Shown here: in pieces, positions 1 to 8,981 of the stretch | Position numbering within the stretch: position 1 is the stretch's first letter | How the letters are laid out: every line of letters begins with the position of its first letter | Source of the DNA: a virus | Taxonomy: Duplodnaviria > Caudoviricetes | Direction: 5' to 3' (one strand) | Virus record (IMG/VR): IMGVR_UViG_3300037424_000697 | Location: 1-52,270 of that record | Length of the DNA stretch: 52,270 nt | Translations under genes and position numbers: made by a program | Notes under the pieces: model-generated | What the model was told of the DNA's origin: nothing | Seen by the model: the letters and a program-made list of their open reading frames with translations, nothing else | Database searches by the model: none

Positions 1-10
1 TGTAGGGGTT
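1..10. repeat. 10-bp terminal direct repeat, left copy; candidate cohesive end (cosN)
   Basis: TGTAGGGGTT at 1-10 is identical to 52261-52270. The joined ends read AAAGCCGAGTG-TGTAGGGGTT-CACTGACTTT (imperfect dyad), upstream of a lambda-like terS. Confidence 0.7.
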
Positions 11-252
11 CACTGACTTTGAAAATTTGGGACACAAAAATACTTTATTCCCCTGCTACAAAATAGTCAAAAACATGTTATTTTACCTAGAAAACATAAA
101 TAACTTACTTTTACAGTTAATAAACAATTCATCTGCTAATTAACCTAGATCAGAATCTACACCCTCTTTAATCTACTTAACCGTTTAAATAGAACAGAAA
201 AAGAATCTACTTTCTCGAGGTACACTTAAAGTACTACTTTAAGTAACTGATA

Positions 253-265
253 TAAGTTATTGAAA
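253..265 (-). promoter_or_regulatory. Possible IHF-binding site near the left end
   Basis: Reverse complement TTTCAATAACTTA has one mismatch to WATCAANNNNTTR; lambda cosB also has an IHF site. Confidence 0.35.
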
Positions 266-306
266 TATAACAAGTTATAGCTTTCCCAAAATCGCTATTT
301 TTAAGA

Positions 307-346
307 AAGAAAGAAAGAATCATTTTATACCCTTGAAACGTATATT
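307..346 (+). repeat. 40-bp element; inverted copy at 31160-31199; 22-bp core also at 32906-32927
   Basis: AAGAAAGAAAGAATCATTTTATACCCTTGAAACGTATATT matches the reverse complement of 31160-31199 at 39/40. Confidence 0.9.
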
Positions 347-582
347 CATATATATAGTGATAAATATTTTATATATAGAGGGATACGGTAATCTTCTTTA
401 TTCTTTTCCCTGAGAAAGCAGCACTGGTTCAAAGTGCTCTCTGAAGCTCTCCTGGACGCTTTAGGGACAGTTCAACGTTCAAGATGAACTACGCACTGTC
501 TACCTGTTAAACCCTGTCTATACCTATTATATGCATTATTTGAAAGAATCAATTCTATTTAACAAATTAAATAAGAAATAGG

Positions 583-611
583 TTGACACGGAAGGTATTT
601 TATAGTATATT
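583..611 (+). promoter_or_regulatory. sigma70-like promoter for the packaging/structural operon
   Basis: TTGACA (583-588), 17-bp spacer, TATATT (606-611). Confidence 0.65.
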
Positions 612-659
612 AGTGAGGGGAGGTATAACCAAAATTATACCTCTAGGTCAATTATACAG

Positions 660-680
660 TCTAGGTTAAGTTAACCTAGA
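660..680. promoter_or_regulatory. 21-bp palindrome made of two inverted ACCTAG motifs (operator/parS-like)
   Basis: TCTAGGTTAA-G-TTAACCTAGA, with further motif copies at 643 and 709. Confidence 0.6.
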
Positions 681-724
681 GTTGACAGAGAACTTGAAAA
701 ACTTTAATCTAGGTTAACTTTTAT

Positions 725-1330
725 ATGTCAGAAGAAATTTACGTCCCTCGAAAATGGCTCATAGAACAGTGTGGCTTTGAGATCATGGCTCTTAAGGATC
801 TATTAAAGCGTTTTGGTTTTAATGAGGATAAAACAGACGAGGGATATCCGTTATCACAAATTATCAAGGCATTGGCTGAGTCAAACAAAGTGAAGGGCAA
901 AAGACGTACTTTTAATCTAGCACAACTTGAAGAGATAAAAAAGCAAGAAGAGATTATCAAACTTCAATTGTACAATGGAGAAAAGAATGGTACACTTATT
1001 AAACGCTCCTATGCAAAAGAACGTGTACGTATAGTATTTCAGAATGTGGTCTCAAAGATACGTTATGCCATTAAAAATGTTTCACCTAGATTAGTTGGTG
1101 TTGACAGTGCACGTGTAATTGAAGAAGTGATAACAAAGAGCTGGAATGGAGCCATTGAACTTTTAGAAGGGCAAGCAAAATGCTCAGACTGGGAAAGTGA
1201 TACTGCCGATGGTACTGAGTTATCTTCAACTAAACCCCTGACTCAATATGAAAATATAAGTATGGAAACTCTAGGTAAAGAAGATGAATCATCTATAAAT
1301 GAATCAATGATTGATTCAATAGAAAGATAA
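725..1330 (+). CDS. terS: Terminase small subunit (lambda Nu1-like)
   Basis: First gene after the putative cos; N-terminal HTH-like region, coiled coil and a KLQL..GE..GTLI pattern typical of Nu1-like proteins; GpA-type TerL downstream. Confidence 0.7.
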   Translation: MSEEIYVPRKWLIEQCGFEIMALKDLLKRFGFNEDKTDEGYPLSQIIKALAESNKVKGKRRTFNLAQLEEIKKQEEIIKLQLYNGEKNGTLIKRSYAKERVRIVFQNVVSKIRYAIKNVSPRLVGVDSARVIEEVITKSWNGAIELLEGQAKCSDWESDTADGTELSSTKPLTQYENISMETLGKEDESSINESMIDSIER

Positions 1331-1335
1331 CAATT

Positions 1336-2133
1336 ATGGGTATCTACTCAGAAAACCTAATTGATTCAATGGGTGAAGCTGCTGTCATGTACGACGAAGC
1401 CAATCTGTACGACAAACTGACTATAATAAACGGGAGGAGACCAGTGATACACCAACGCTCTTCCGACTGTTTTGCTGTTACCCTGATTGGTAAAGAGTTA
1501 AGAATATCAATTCGTGGCTCTGACGGTAGTCATATATGGCAGAAGGCAATTGTGTGGATTGACAACCTGTTGAACAGTAAGCCAGATAAGCAAGGGTGTC
1601 ATCCCGGTTTTAAAGAAGCTGCAGAGTGGATACTCGGATGGCTTGTTTTGAGTTACCGTATTCTCGATAAGGACTTTGATTCAGTAAACGTATCGTGTCA
1701 TTCTCGTGGAACTGGAATAGGTGTGAACTTACTTCCTATTTTAGGTGAATATCTTTGGAGTCACGAAAAAAGAGTGCCTATTAATATGGATGCTTTTGCG
1801 TTCGTACCGGGGATGAATCAATTCGGTATAAAAAATATTTGGGATGCGGCTTACGATAAATACGGAATAACTGCCCGCTTCGTTCGCAATCCACGCGATA
1901 TCGCTACGACAATGCGACGGGGTCCGGGAGCAAGCCAAGGAGCCGACCCTTATAACGGTGTTAACTATATCGAGCTTCCTCCCGATACTTGGATACAGAA
2001 AGTTATAAAGAAAATAGGAGGATTCCACGAACATAGACCCAGAGAATATGCGGATGGAATGATTTTACTTTTTAAAGGTAATCAGAAATTGGTTGGGAGA
2101 ATTCGTAAATACCGTAACATGATGGTTAACTAG
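1336..2133 (+). CDS. Class 3 lipase-like alpha/beta hydrolase
   Basis: SIRGS oxyanion motif, HPGF, nucleophile elbow CHSRG, RFVRNPRD acid-residue segment and a C-terminal His (HEH). Confidence 0.7.
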   Translation: MGIYSENLIDSMGEAAVMYDEANLYDKLTIINGRRPVIHQRSSDCFAVTLIGKELRISIRGSDGSHIWQKAIVWIDNLLNSKPDKQGCHPGFKEAAEWILGWLVLSYRILDKDFDSVNVSCHSRGTGIGVNLLPILGEYLWSHEKRVPINMDAFAFVPGMNQFGIKNIWDAAYDKYGITARFVRNPRDIATTMRRGPGASQGADPYNGVNYIELPPDTWIQKVIKKIGGFHEHRPREYADGMILLFKGNQKLVGRIRKYRNMMVN

Positions 2134-2143
2134 GTTAAATCTT

Positions 2144-4669
2144 ATGGCAAACATCACAGTGACATCAACTGGTTATTGGGGAGATGATTCCATACTGAGC
2201 TCAGGATCGTGGTCTGGGCTGGTTTGGAATGAGACGGTTACTATTCAGGACGGAGCGGTGTGTACGGTTGATCCTGGGGTACGGTCTCCTACTGGAATTG
2301 ATGTAGGTGCGAATATTATCTGTATTGCTGGATTTTCTAAATTAGTATTTAATAATACATCTACAACCGTACCGGTTAAATACTATGGCCCAACGTCTGG
2401 AACGTTACAAGTTGAATCAGGTTGTGAATGGATTGTTAACGGTGATTGGATTACAATTCATACCGGAGATGGTTCTGAAGGGCAAACAACTTCTGGTTGG
2501 ACAGATGCAGGTTTTTTACCTGAAGATGAACCTGGAGGATTGTGGGTTGAAACAGGCGACGGTACAAATGTTTTCGAGGAGTGGGCAAATGTTGGGCACA
2601 CCACTAATGGGTTAGGCGGCATTGGTGTCGGGGTATTAGGACGATGGTTTAGTTATAACAATGCAACCGGAGTAATCACATTTGGCAATGGGGGTAAACC
2701 TAATGCAGTTACCTCTGCCGCAGGCTCCGGTCAGCCGACTATTAATGTGACTGTTGGAGCCGATTTTACGGTAGGTGATTATGTGCATATTATTGAAGGG
2801 ACTGTTCGTGAAACAATAATTATAAGCTCAATCAGCTCGAATGAATTAACGATGACAACAAATTTGGTTAATTCATATACTACAGCTGCAATTGTTAGAA
2901 TTGTAAAGGGCGGGAATATTGTTCCAACCGGGTCTAGGGTAAGAACTCCGAATATTTCGATTGGAACTATAAATAGTGGAGGAGTTCACGAATATAATAC
3001 AACATTAGCAAATAATTTTAGATTAGATTGTTCTCCCGGCGGAGTACTAAATTTTGCTTGTTTAATATTATTCGGTTTCTATTTAAATGTATCGTCTGCC
3101 GGTAGTTTAAATGTTACCTATGTCTCCGGATTAACTCGAATTTTATTGAGTAGTTCTCCAAGTTCATCATTATCACATGTCATTATTGGTATCTGTAGAT
3201 ATTTTTCCAGTGAGTTAGAGGCTTTTTTACTCCCTAGTTATAGTATCAGCCAAAATTGTATTATTACCAATTGTTTTTTTTCCAGAAAATCTATTCATGT
3301 TGTAAGTGGATACCCAATCGGGTGCACATTTACAGATTGCCTGTTTATAATAACTGAACGCGGTTTATCATATGCATCCAGGCCGTTGAATTTTACTGAG
3401 GTTATTAATTTAACTGTACGTAGATGTCTGTTTGTAGGGTCAGAGTCAACAGCGACGTATGGAAATGGTAATTTATTTGAAGATTGCTCCGTATCTGAGT
3501 CTCCCCATGGTGCTCCGTATGGATCAAATAACCCATCAGCTTTACTTTCGACACCCGGTACGTTCGATACTATAATTAATAACCTAGCAATAATTCCAGA
3601 TGGGTCAGCAACTGGAATTTCGTATATACTAGCTGGTGGTACAACTGTAATAAATTGCAATATCACACGATCCGATTTACGTGCATTATCACTAACATAT
3701 TCCATTCCGGAAAAAATTATTCAATCTGTATTGGTTGTTTTGGCTACATCAACTATAGGGCCTATTATCGGATCGTCTACTAATTATAGTATCACTATTC
3801 AAAATATTAAAACCAACTCGTTTGGTAATACAAATTGGACGCTGCCTACTGCAAATTATTTAATATTTAAGGGCTATCAGATACCATCAACAACATTCAC
3901 TCTCAGTCTAGGTGCAGTTACAGATACTCATTTTTATGAGTTGCATACCTCTACCGATGGCGGTTTGATGGGTATTATGTTTACTCCTAAAAAATCACAT
4001 TCCGGCTATGAGTGTTCAAATGATACTGATTTATTATGGAATTATAATGGATCACTATATATACCGGTTGCCGGCGGTTGGATAGAGTATACGTGGCCGC
4101 ACACAATTATTGGAATCACAGGTTTTTCGTCTGGTGGTTTAATTACTATAGATGGTTCAGGTACAGGTAATTTTACAATTACATATAAAATAGACGTTTT
4201 AGACGGAAATGGCTGGACAGATTGGGTAACATTAAGTATTGCTAATTTGAGTTCGCACACAATTAACCCGTTGTTAGGGTTCAAGTTCAAATTAAAAATT
4301 TCTCACAGTGTGGGTAGTATGTCTGATTATTTAAACAAGCTGCACTGGAGTACCGATGTTGATTATGACAATTACCTCTATCCAATTGACACAGTCAACG
4401 TCACCCTGCAAAACATTGTCGATGGTTCTAGGTACTATATCTACAATCAGACCACCGCAAAAGAAATTGCCAGCGGAGTACAATCCGGCTCCGCCGACAT
4501 AATCATACCCGACGTCCCCTACAACGGAGTCAACGAAATTTTACTTATTAGAGTACGCAAGGGTGGAGGAGGGAGCGATGATTATAAACCATTTGAAACT
4601 AATGCTACACTTACTGAGGATGGTGCAACAGTATGGATTTCACAAGTATTGGATGATCTTACAACCTAA
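2144..4669 (+). CDS. Large beta-rich virion/receptor-binding-like protein with a central beta-helix
   Basis: 841 aa, G/S/T/N-rich, repeats such as ITNCFF/FTDCLF/FEDCSV; C-terminal domain resembles that of the next ORF. Confidence 0.5.
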   Translation: MANITVTSTGYWGDDSILSSGSWSGLVWNETVTIQDGAVCTVDPGVRSPTGIDVGANIICIAGFSKLVFNNTSTTVPVKYYGPTSGTLQVESGCEWIVNGDWITIHTGDGSEGQTTSGWTDAGFLPEDEPGGLWVETGDGTNVFEEWANVGHTTNGLGGIGVGVLGRWFSYNNATGVITFGNGGKPNAVTSAAGSGQPTINVTVGADFTVGDYVHIIEGTVRETIIISSISSNELTMTTNLVNSYTTAAIVRIVKGGNIVPTGSRVRTPNISIGTINSGGVHEYNTTLANNFRLDCSPGGVLNFACLILFGFYLNVSSAGSLNVTYVSGLTRILLSSSPSSSLSHVIIGICRYFSSELEAFLLPSYSISQNCIITNCFFSRKSIHVVSGYPIGCTFTDCLFIITERGLSYASRPLNFTEVINLTVRRCLFVGSESTATYGNGNLFEDCSVSESPHGAPYGSNNPSALLSTPGTFDTIINNLAIIPDGSATGISYILAGGTTVINCNITRSDLRALSLTYSIPEKIIQSVLVVLATSTIGPIIGSSTNYSITIQNIKTNSFGNTNWTLPTANYLIFKGYQIPSTTFTLSLGAVTDTHFYELHTSTDGGLMGIMFTPKKSHSGYECSNDTDLLWNYNGSLYIPVAGGWIEYTWPHTIIGITGFSSGGLITIDGSGTGNFTITYKIDVLDGNGWTDWVTLSIANLSSHTINPLLGFKFKLKISHSVGSMSDYLNKLHWSTDVDYDNYLYPIDTVNVTLQNIVDGSRYYIYNQTTAKEIASGVQSGSADIIIPDVPYNGVNEILLIRVRKGGGGSDDYKPFETNATLTEDGATVWISQVLDDLTT

Positions 4670-4681
4670 ATAGGAGTACAC

Positions 4682-6379
4682 ATGGCTATAGAAGATGATG
4701 TTTTAATTGACTATGTAAATAAGAGGATTTATGGAGAAACTACATTCCTGGCAGGCAGTACGTTTTATACTGTGAATGAACTATATACTCATATTATGGA
4801 TACTTTTGACGGTGCATCTCAAATGGATGATTCTGTACCTTTTGGTAGTGGCTCTAACGTTTTAACATATATTGTTGCTAATGGTTGGTATATTGAACAA
4901 GCTCTAATAGAGCATTTAAAAGGAGCTTCAATCGAGACCAGTGGGTACAATGATGCAATACGTATTTTAACGTTAAATAGTGGGCATACAATTGTAGCGG
5001 CGGATATTGGTGAAACTGTAACTGGCGGTACAACCGGAGACACTGGAATATTATTAGATGTTCTAGGTAATAATTTATGGGTTCGTATGGATGATTCTGG
5101 TGATTTATTTGACGACGATGATGAAACAATTATATGTAATTCACATAGCGGTACTGTGGGAGGTTCTGTATCACTTACTGGTGAGGAGTTGTTTTCAAAT
5201 GTTTTCTCAATTGGAACAGTTAATAATGGTTATGCTTATATCTCACAGAACGGTTCAATATTGACATCATGGTGGGGTGAGGGTAACAGCGGTTTACAAA
5301 TTGATGTGCTGGTAAAAGTTCGCATAGCTGGAACACTTATTGATAGTGGAACAGTTACAGTATATAACCGTAATTACGGGGATACATATGCCAATGCAAG
5401 TGCCGATCTTTCCGGTGGAGGTCGTGTACCTGTTTCAATTGAAACTCAAGAAGATCCATCCATAACGTTAACTAGTGCACAAATTGATGATTATATTGCA
5501 TCAGCCCATGGTGGGACTGCTTCTACTTCTGAAATTGCCGTTGCATTTGGAACTTACGTAGCTGATATAGACGATAGCGGTGTAGATGAAGATTATGTAT
5601 GCCGTATAGATGAAGATTCTCAGGCACAATCTGTCGTATATCAGGCTCTTCAGTGGATGACTTCTAAAGATCGTACTGCACAAATATTAGATGGGGTTCC
5701 TGCTCCTCTATATAGAGCTTCAGACGCAGGGTATACCCCAATTAAGACCGCACCATTTGCTTCTATGGCCGGTACAACTCTTATTTTTGCACAAGGTAAC
5801 TATCCTATAAATGTAGGTACAGGTTCATATATTTCGACAGACACTATTGGCGTACAGCATACTCCACCTAGTACAATGTCTGTTGCATTAACTGGACTTG
5901 TTTCTGGTGATCGATGTGTAGTATTCAGAGCTTTGAATGGAGAAGTAATAAAGAATATGTTTACTTCTCATGCTACAAATAATGATAATACTGATGAAAC
6001 TTTTGAAGTACAAGAATCGATACCTAAAGATACACCACAATCTGGTTATATTAGGATTGTAGATACTTCAGCTAGTACGGAGCAGAGATATGCATATATT
6101 AGCTGGACAGGATCTGTATTTACACTATCTGATGCTTTATCTCAGGACTATGATGATACAGATACTGCATATGTAGGTTATATTGATGAGTCTGCATCCA
6201 CAACAAGTATAAGTAAATCTGGTCTTCAGTATGTTTCTGATCGAACAGTTATTGTTCGTGTAAGAAATTCATCGACTGGCGGTAACCAGATTATTCCGTT
6301 TGAAGTACAGGCAACAATTCAAAGTACAGGTCTATCTGTACCAGCATCTAGAAACCCTGATAACGTGATAGGAAACTAA
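4682..6379 (+). CDS. Acidic beta-rich putative virion structural protein
   Basis: 565 aa with AGGAG RBS; C-terminal VRVR..GG...PFE..AT motif shared with the previous ORF; N-terminus resembles the next ORF. Confidence 0.5.
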   Translation: MAIEDDVLIDYVNKRIYGETTFLAGSTFYTVNELYTHIMDTFDGASQMDDSVPFGSGSNVLTYIVANGWYIEQALIEHLKGASIETSGYNDAIRILTLNSGHTIVAADIGETVTGGTTGDTGILLDVLGNNLWVRMDDSGDLFDDDDETIICNSHSGTVGGSVSLTGEELFSNVFSIGTVNNGYAYISQNGSILTSWWGEGNSGLQIDVLVKVRIAGTLIDSGTVTVYNRNYGDTYANASADLSGGGRVPVSIETQEDPSITLTSAQIDDYIASAHGGTASTSEIAVAFGTYVADIDDSGVDEDYVCRIDEDSQAQSVVYQALQWMTSKDRTAQILDGVPAPLYRASDAGYTPIKTAPFASMAGTTLIFAQGNYPINVGTGSYISTDTIGVQHTPPSTMSVALTGLVSGDRCVVFRALNGEVIKNMFTSHATNNDNTDETFEVQESIPKDTPQSGYIRIVDTSASTEQRYAYISWTGSVFTLSDALSQDYDDTDTAYVGYIDESASTTSISKSGLQYVSDRTVIVRVRNSSTGGNQIIPFEVQATIQSTGLSVPASRNPDNVIGN

Positions 6380-6380
6380 T

Positions 6381-7016
6381 GTGTCTATTACACACATATA
6401 TACTGGAGTTACAGGTGATATTATATTTGATTTCACTACTCAAATTATATCTTGTGAAAACACGATTATTACCCTAGAGATACAGGAGCTAGTAAATGCC
6501 TGCAGAGAAGCAGAATATTCAGAAAAGGGAGTTTCTTTCCCCAAAATTTGCAATGCTAGCGGGAAAGAGTACCTTGACGTTGACAATGGGGTGCAGGTCG
6601 GTATCACCATCGTGTTATTGGACGGGTGGGTCATATATACAGAACGAAGTTCTGGAGTTTTCAAAGTCATCGGAGGGAATCTTGTGCAAGTGTCAGGTGG
6701 GGACCCGTTCGAGCCAAATCCCCTTGTCACCTATGTTAATATCCAAAGTGCAGCAAGTACTGTTGTCTCGGTCTCAAGTGGAAGCGGTCTCTCTACAGCA
6801 GAGCATAACAAACTCATGGCCATCCCTGAAGAAACAATTACTGAAGAAAGATATATCGACCTTGCCTTCAACAGAACGAACATTATTGAAGGAACCGAAA
6901 CAAGTAAAAGAATCACAAGTTATAAAGCAGGGAAAGTAGATGAAATTGATGTTAATGTTACTTATGATTCAAGTGATGAATATGCACTTCCTGAATCTGA
7001 AGAGGTACAGTCATGA
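6381..7016 (+). CDS. Putative virion structural protein
   Basis: 211 aa, GTG start, tightly coupled to neighbours; N-terminal similarity to the 4682 ORF. Confidence 0.45.
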   Translation: MSITHIYTGVTGDIIFDFTTQIISCENTIITLEIQELVNACREAEYSEKGVSFPKICNASGKEYLDVDNGVQVGITIVLLDGWVIYTERSSGVFKVIGGNLVQVSGGDPFEPNPLVTYVNIQSAASTVVSVSSGSGLSTAEHNKLMAIPEETITEERYIDLAFNRTNIIEGTETSKRITSYKAGKVDEIDVNVTYDSSDEYALPESEEVQS

Positions 7017-7282
7017 TTTCTAGGTCATTTATTTATAGACGTACATTAACAAATTCTGTTATATATTTCCCTTTTGGTTTTGTTGTTGATATATACATAC
7101 ATATTATTGGTGATTCTAAATTAACAATGTTTCTAAGAAAAGTAAGTAATTTAACTTTAAGTATAGTTAATCATTCTAGGTTAAATAACATCGACGTGAA
7201 CAGCAATCTGGTTACTGAGATTAATTCCAACTCTGGTACATCAATAAATATTATTGGTAATTCAACTTTACAGGTGAAATAA
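7013..7282 (+). CDS. Hypothetical protein
   Basis: Start/stop overlaps with both neighbours. Confidence 0.5.
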   Translation: MISRSFIYRRTLTNSVIYFPFGFVVDIYIHIIGDSKLTMFLRKVSNLTLSIVNHSRLNNIDVNSNLVTEINSNSGTSINIIGNSTLQVK

Positions 7283-7596
7283 TGGCTACAATATATAATT
7301 ATTTTGGAGATGATCAGCCGATCTTTTTAGATTTTTATCTTGGTGAAGCAGAGGATGTAGATTTATCTCTAGCAACACTGTATCAGACACGCTTAGTAAG
7401 AGTGTCTAATGTTGGTGCAGAATCTATTATAGATGTATATAGTGCCGCTAGAACTGGCACAACACAGAGGATTACTAGTTTTATTCCGGGAGGGATAGTA
7501 CAAAAAGGTAATAAATATTATGTACAATCACTTGTTACTTTTTCATTTGATCCTTACCCTATTCCAGGTGCGCCAATTTATTTTTATGTAAGATAA
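7282..7596 (+). CDS. Hypothetical small beta-sandwich-like protein
   Basis: TAATG coupling to the upstream ORF, AGGTG RBS. Confidence 0.55.
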   Translation: MATIYNYFGDDQPIFLDFYLGEAEDVDLSLATLYQTRLVRVSNVGAESIIDVYSAARTGTTQRITSFIPGGIVQKGNKYYVQSLVTFSFDPYPIPGAPIYFYVR

Positions 7597-7613
7597 CCGA
7601 AAGAGGATTTATT

Positions 7614-8681
7614 ATGGCAAATTATTATGTGAAACCAGATGGCGATGACGGTGATGATGGAACAACTTTCGCTTTAGCTAAAGCAACGTTAAATGCTGTT
7701 TATGCCTTGTGTTCAGCAGGTGATACTGTTTATGTATGTTCAAGTGAAGCTTCACCATTTGTTGATATACTTTTAGAATTGAGCGGCGCTGATAATGTTA
7801 CTTTCATAGGTACCAGTCCTACTGATGGTGCACCTTACACTGGCAACACTAGAGCAACTATCTCAGTAACAGGTGCATCTAATATAATAACTGCTATTAA
7901 TGATAATAATAGTTGTAAGTTTCACAATATACAATTACTGGGTGTATCTACATCTATAGGCTATATATGTTACCAACAAGCTACTGTAATTGGCAATATT
8001 TTTATAAATTGTGAGTTTAAGGGACTTCAAATTGGTATATATACATATAAAGTAGGCAGTATAGCCTCATCTGATGTACATGCTTATAATTGTATATTCA
8101 ACCAGTGCACGTACGGTATTTATATATATGACCTCGGTTCTAATTACGCCGCATCTGGAATATGCAATGTTTTTAACTGTATTTTTAAAGGATGTAGTTA
8201 TGGTATTTGTAGAGATGCTCCATACCTTACTGCTGGAATATATGCTTGTCAAAATATGTTAAATATCCAATCTTGCAGATTTATAGATAATAGTGTAGGT
8301 ATAAGAAATATAGGCAGTGGGACTATAGATATACTTAATAGTGTGTTTTACCTTAATTCATCTCACGGCATATCTTTAAATGCTGTATATGCGTATTTTA
8401 ACCTAGTTAACAGTATATTTCATTCTAATGGAGGATACGCAATATCTTCTGATGTAACTTCCGGTTTTGGTAGTTTTCATGGCTATTGTGATTATAACTG
8501 TTACTATAACAATACTACAGGAATAGTTAACGCCAATATTAACGGAGGAACAACACCTGGAAGTCATAATATTTTAACTAATCCATTATTTGCCTCAACT
8601 ACTTTAGGAAGTGAAGATTTTCGTTTACAAGAAGAGAGTCCATGTTTAGGCACAGGTATAGGGTATACTAGTGGACAATAA
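7614..8681 (+). CDS. Right-handed parallel beta-helix (pectin lyase-like) protein, possible depolymerase/adhesin
   Basis: N-terminal YYVKPDGDD..DG....A.AT, repeated NCxF..C.YGI coils, C-terminal NPLF...DFRLQ..SPC.G.G signature. Confidence 0.75.
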   Translation: MANYYVKPDGDDGDDGTTFALAKATLNAVYALCSAGDTVYVCSSEASPFVDILLELSGADNVTFIGTSPTDGAPYTGNTRATISVTGASNIITAINDNNSCKFHNIQLLGVSTSIGYICYQQATVIGNIFINCEFKGLQIGIYTYKVGSIASSDVHAYNCIFNQCTYGIYIYDLGSNYAASGICNVFNCIFKGCSYGICRDAPYLTAGIYACQNMLNIQSCRFIDNSVGIRNIGSGTIDILNSVFYLNSSHGISLNAVYAYFNLVNSIFHSNGGYAISSDVTSGFGSFHGYCDYNCYYNNTTGIVNANINGGTTPGSHNILTNPLFASTTLGSEDFRLQEESPCLGTGIGYTSGQ

Positions 8682-8703
8682 ATATAAACTTTAACTGGAG
8701 ACG

Positions 8704-8973
8704 ATGACGATGAGTGTTATTGAAGATGCAGTTAGGGAACACGAAGAACGTTGTAATGAAAATATCGAAAAGAGATTAGTGTCTTGGAAATGGTTGATCA
8801 CTGTTATTGCGGGTTTTTTAGTGACTCTTTTAACAACAGCTTGGACATTGGCATCATCTACAACTGAGTCTAGGGTAAAAATTAACGAACATGAGAAGCG
8901 TATAACTCAGGTTGAAGATATTTATAAGGGAATGCGTGAAGATATAAAGTTCATACGTAAACAAGTTGAATAG
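8704..8973 (+). CDS. Single-TM plus coiled-coil protein (holin/hemolysin-like candidate)
   Basis: One hydrophobic helix WLITVIAGFLVTLLTTAW followed by a charged coiled coil. Confidence 0.4.
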   Translation: MTMSVIEDAVREHEERCNENIEKRLVSWKWLITVIAGFLVTLLTTAWTLASSTTESRVKINEHEKRITQVEDIYKGMREDIKFIRKQVE

Positions 8974-8981
8974 GATATTTA

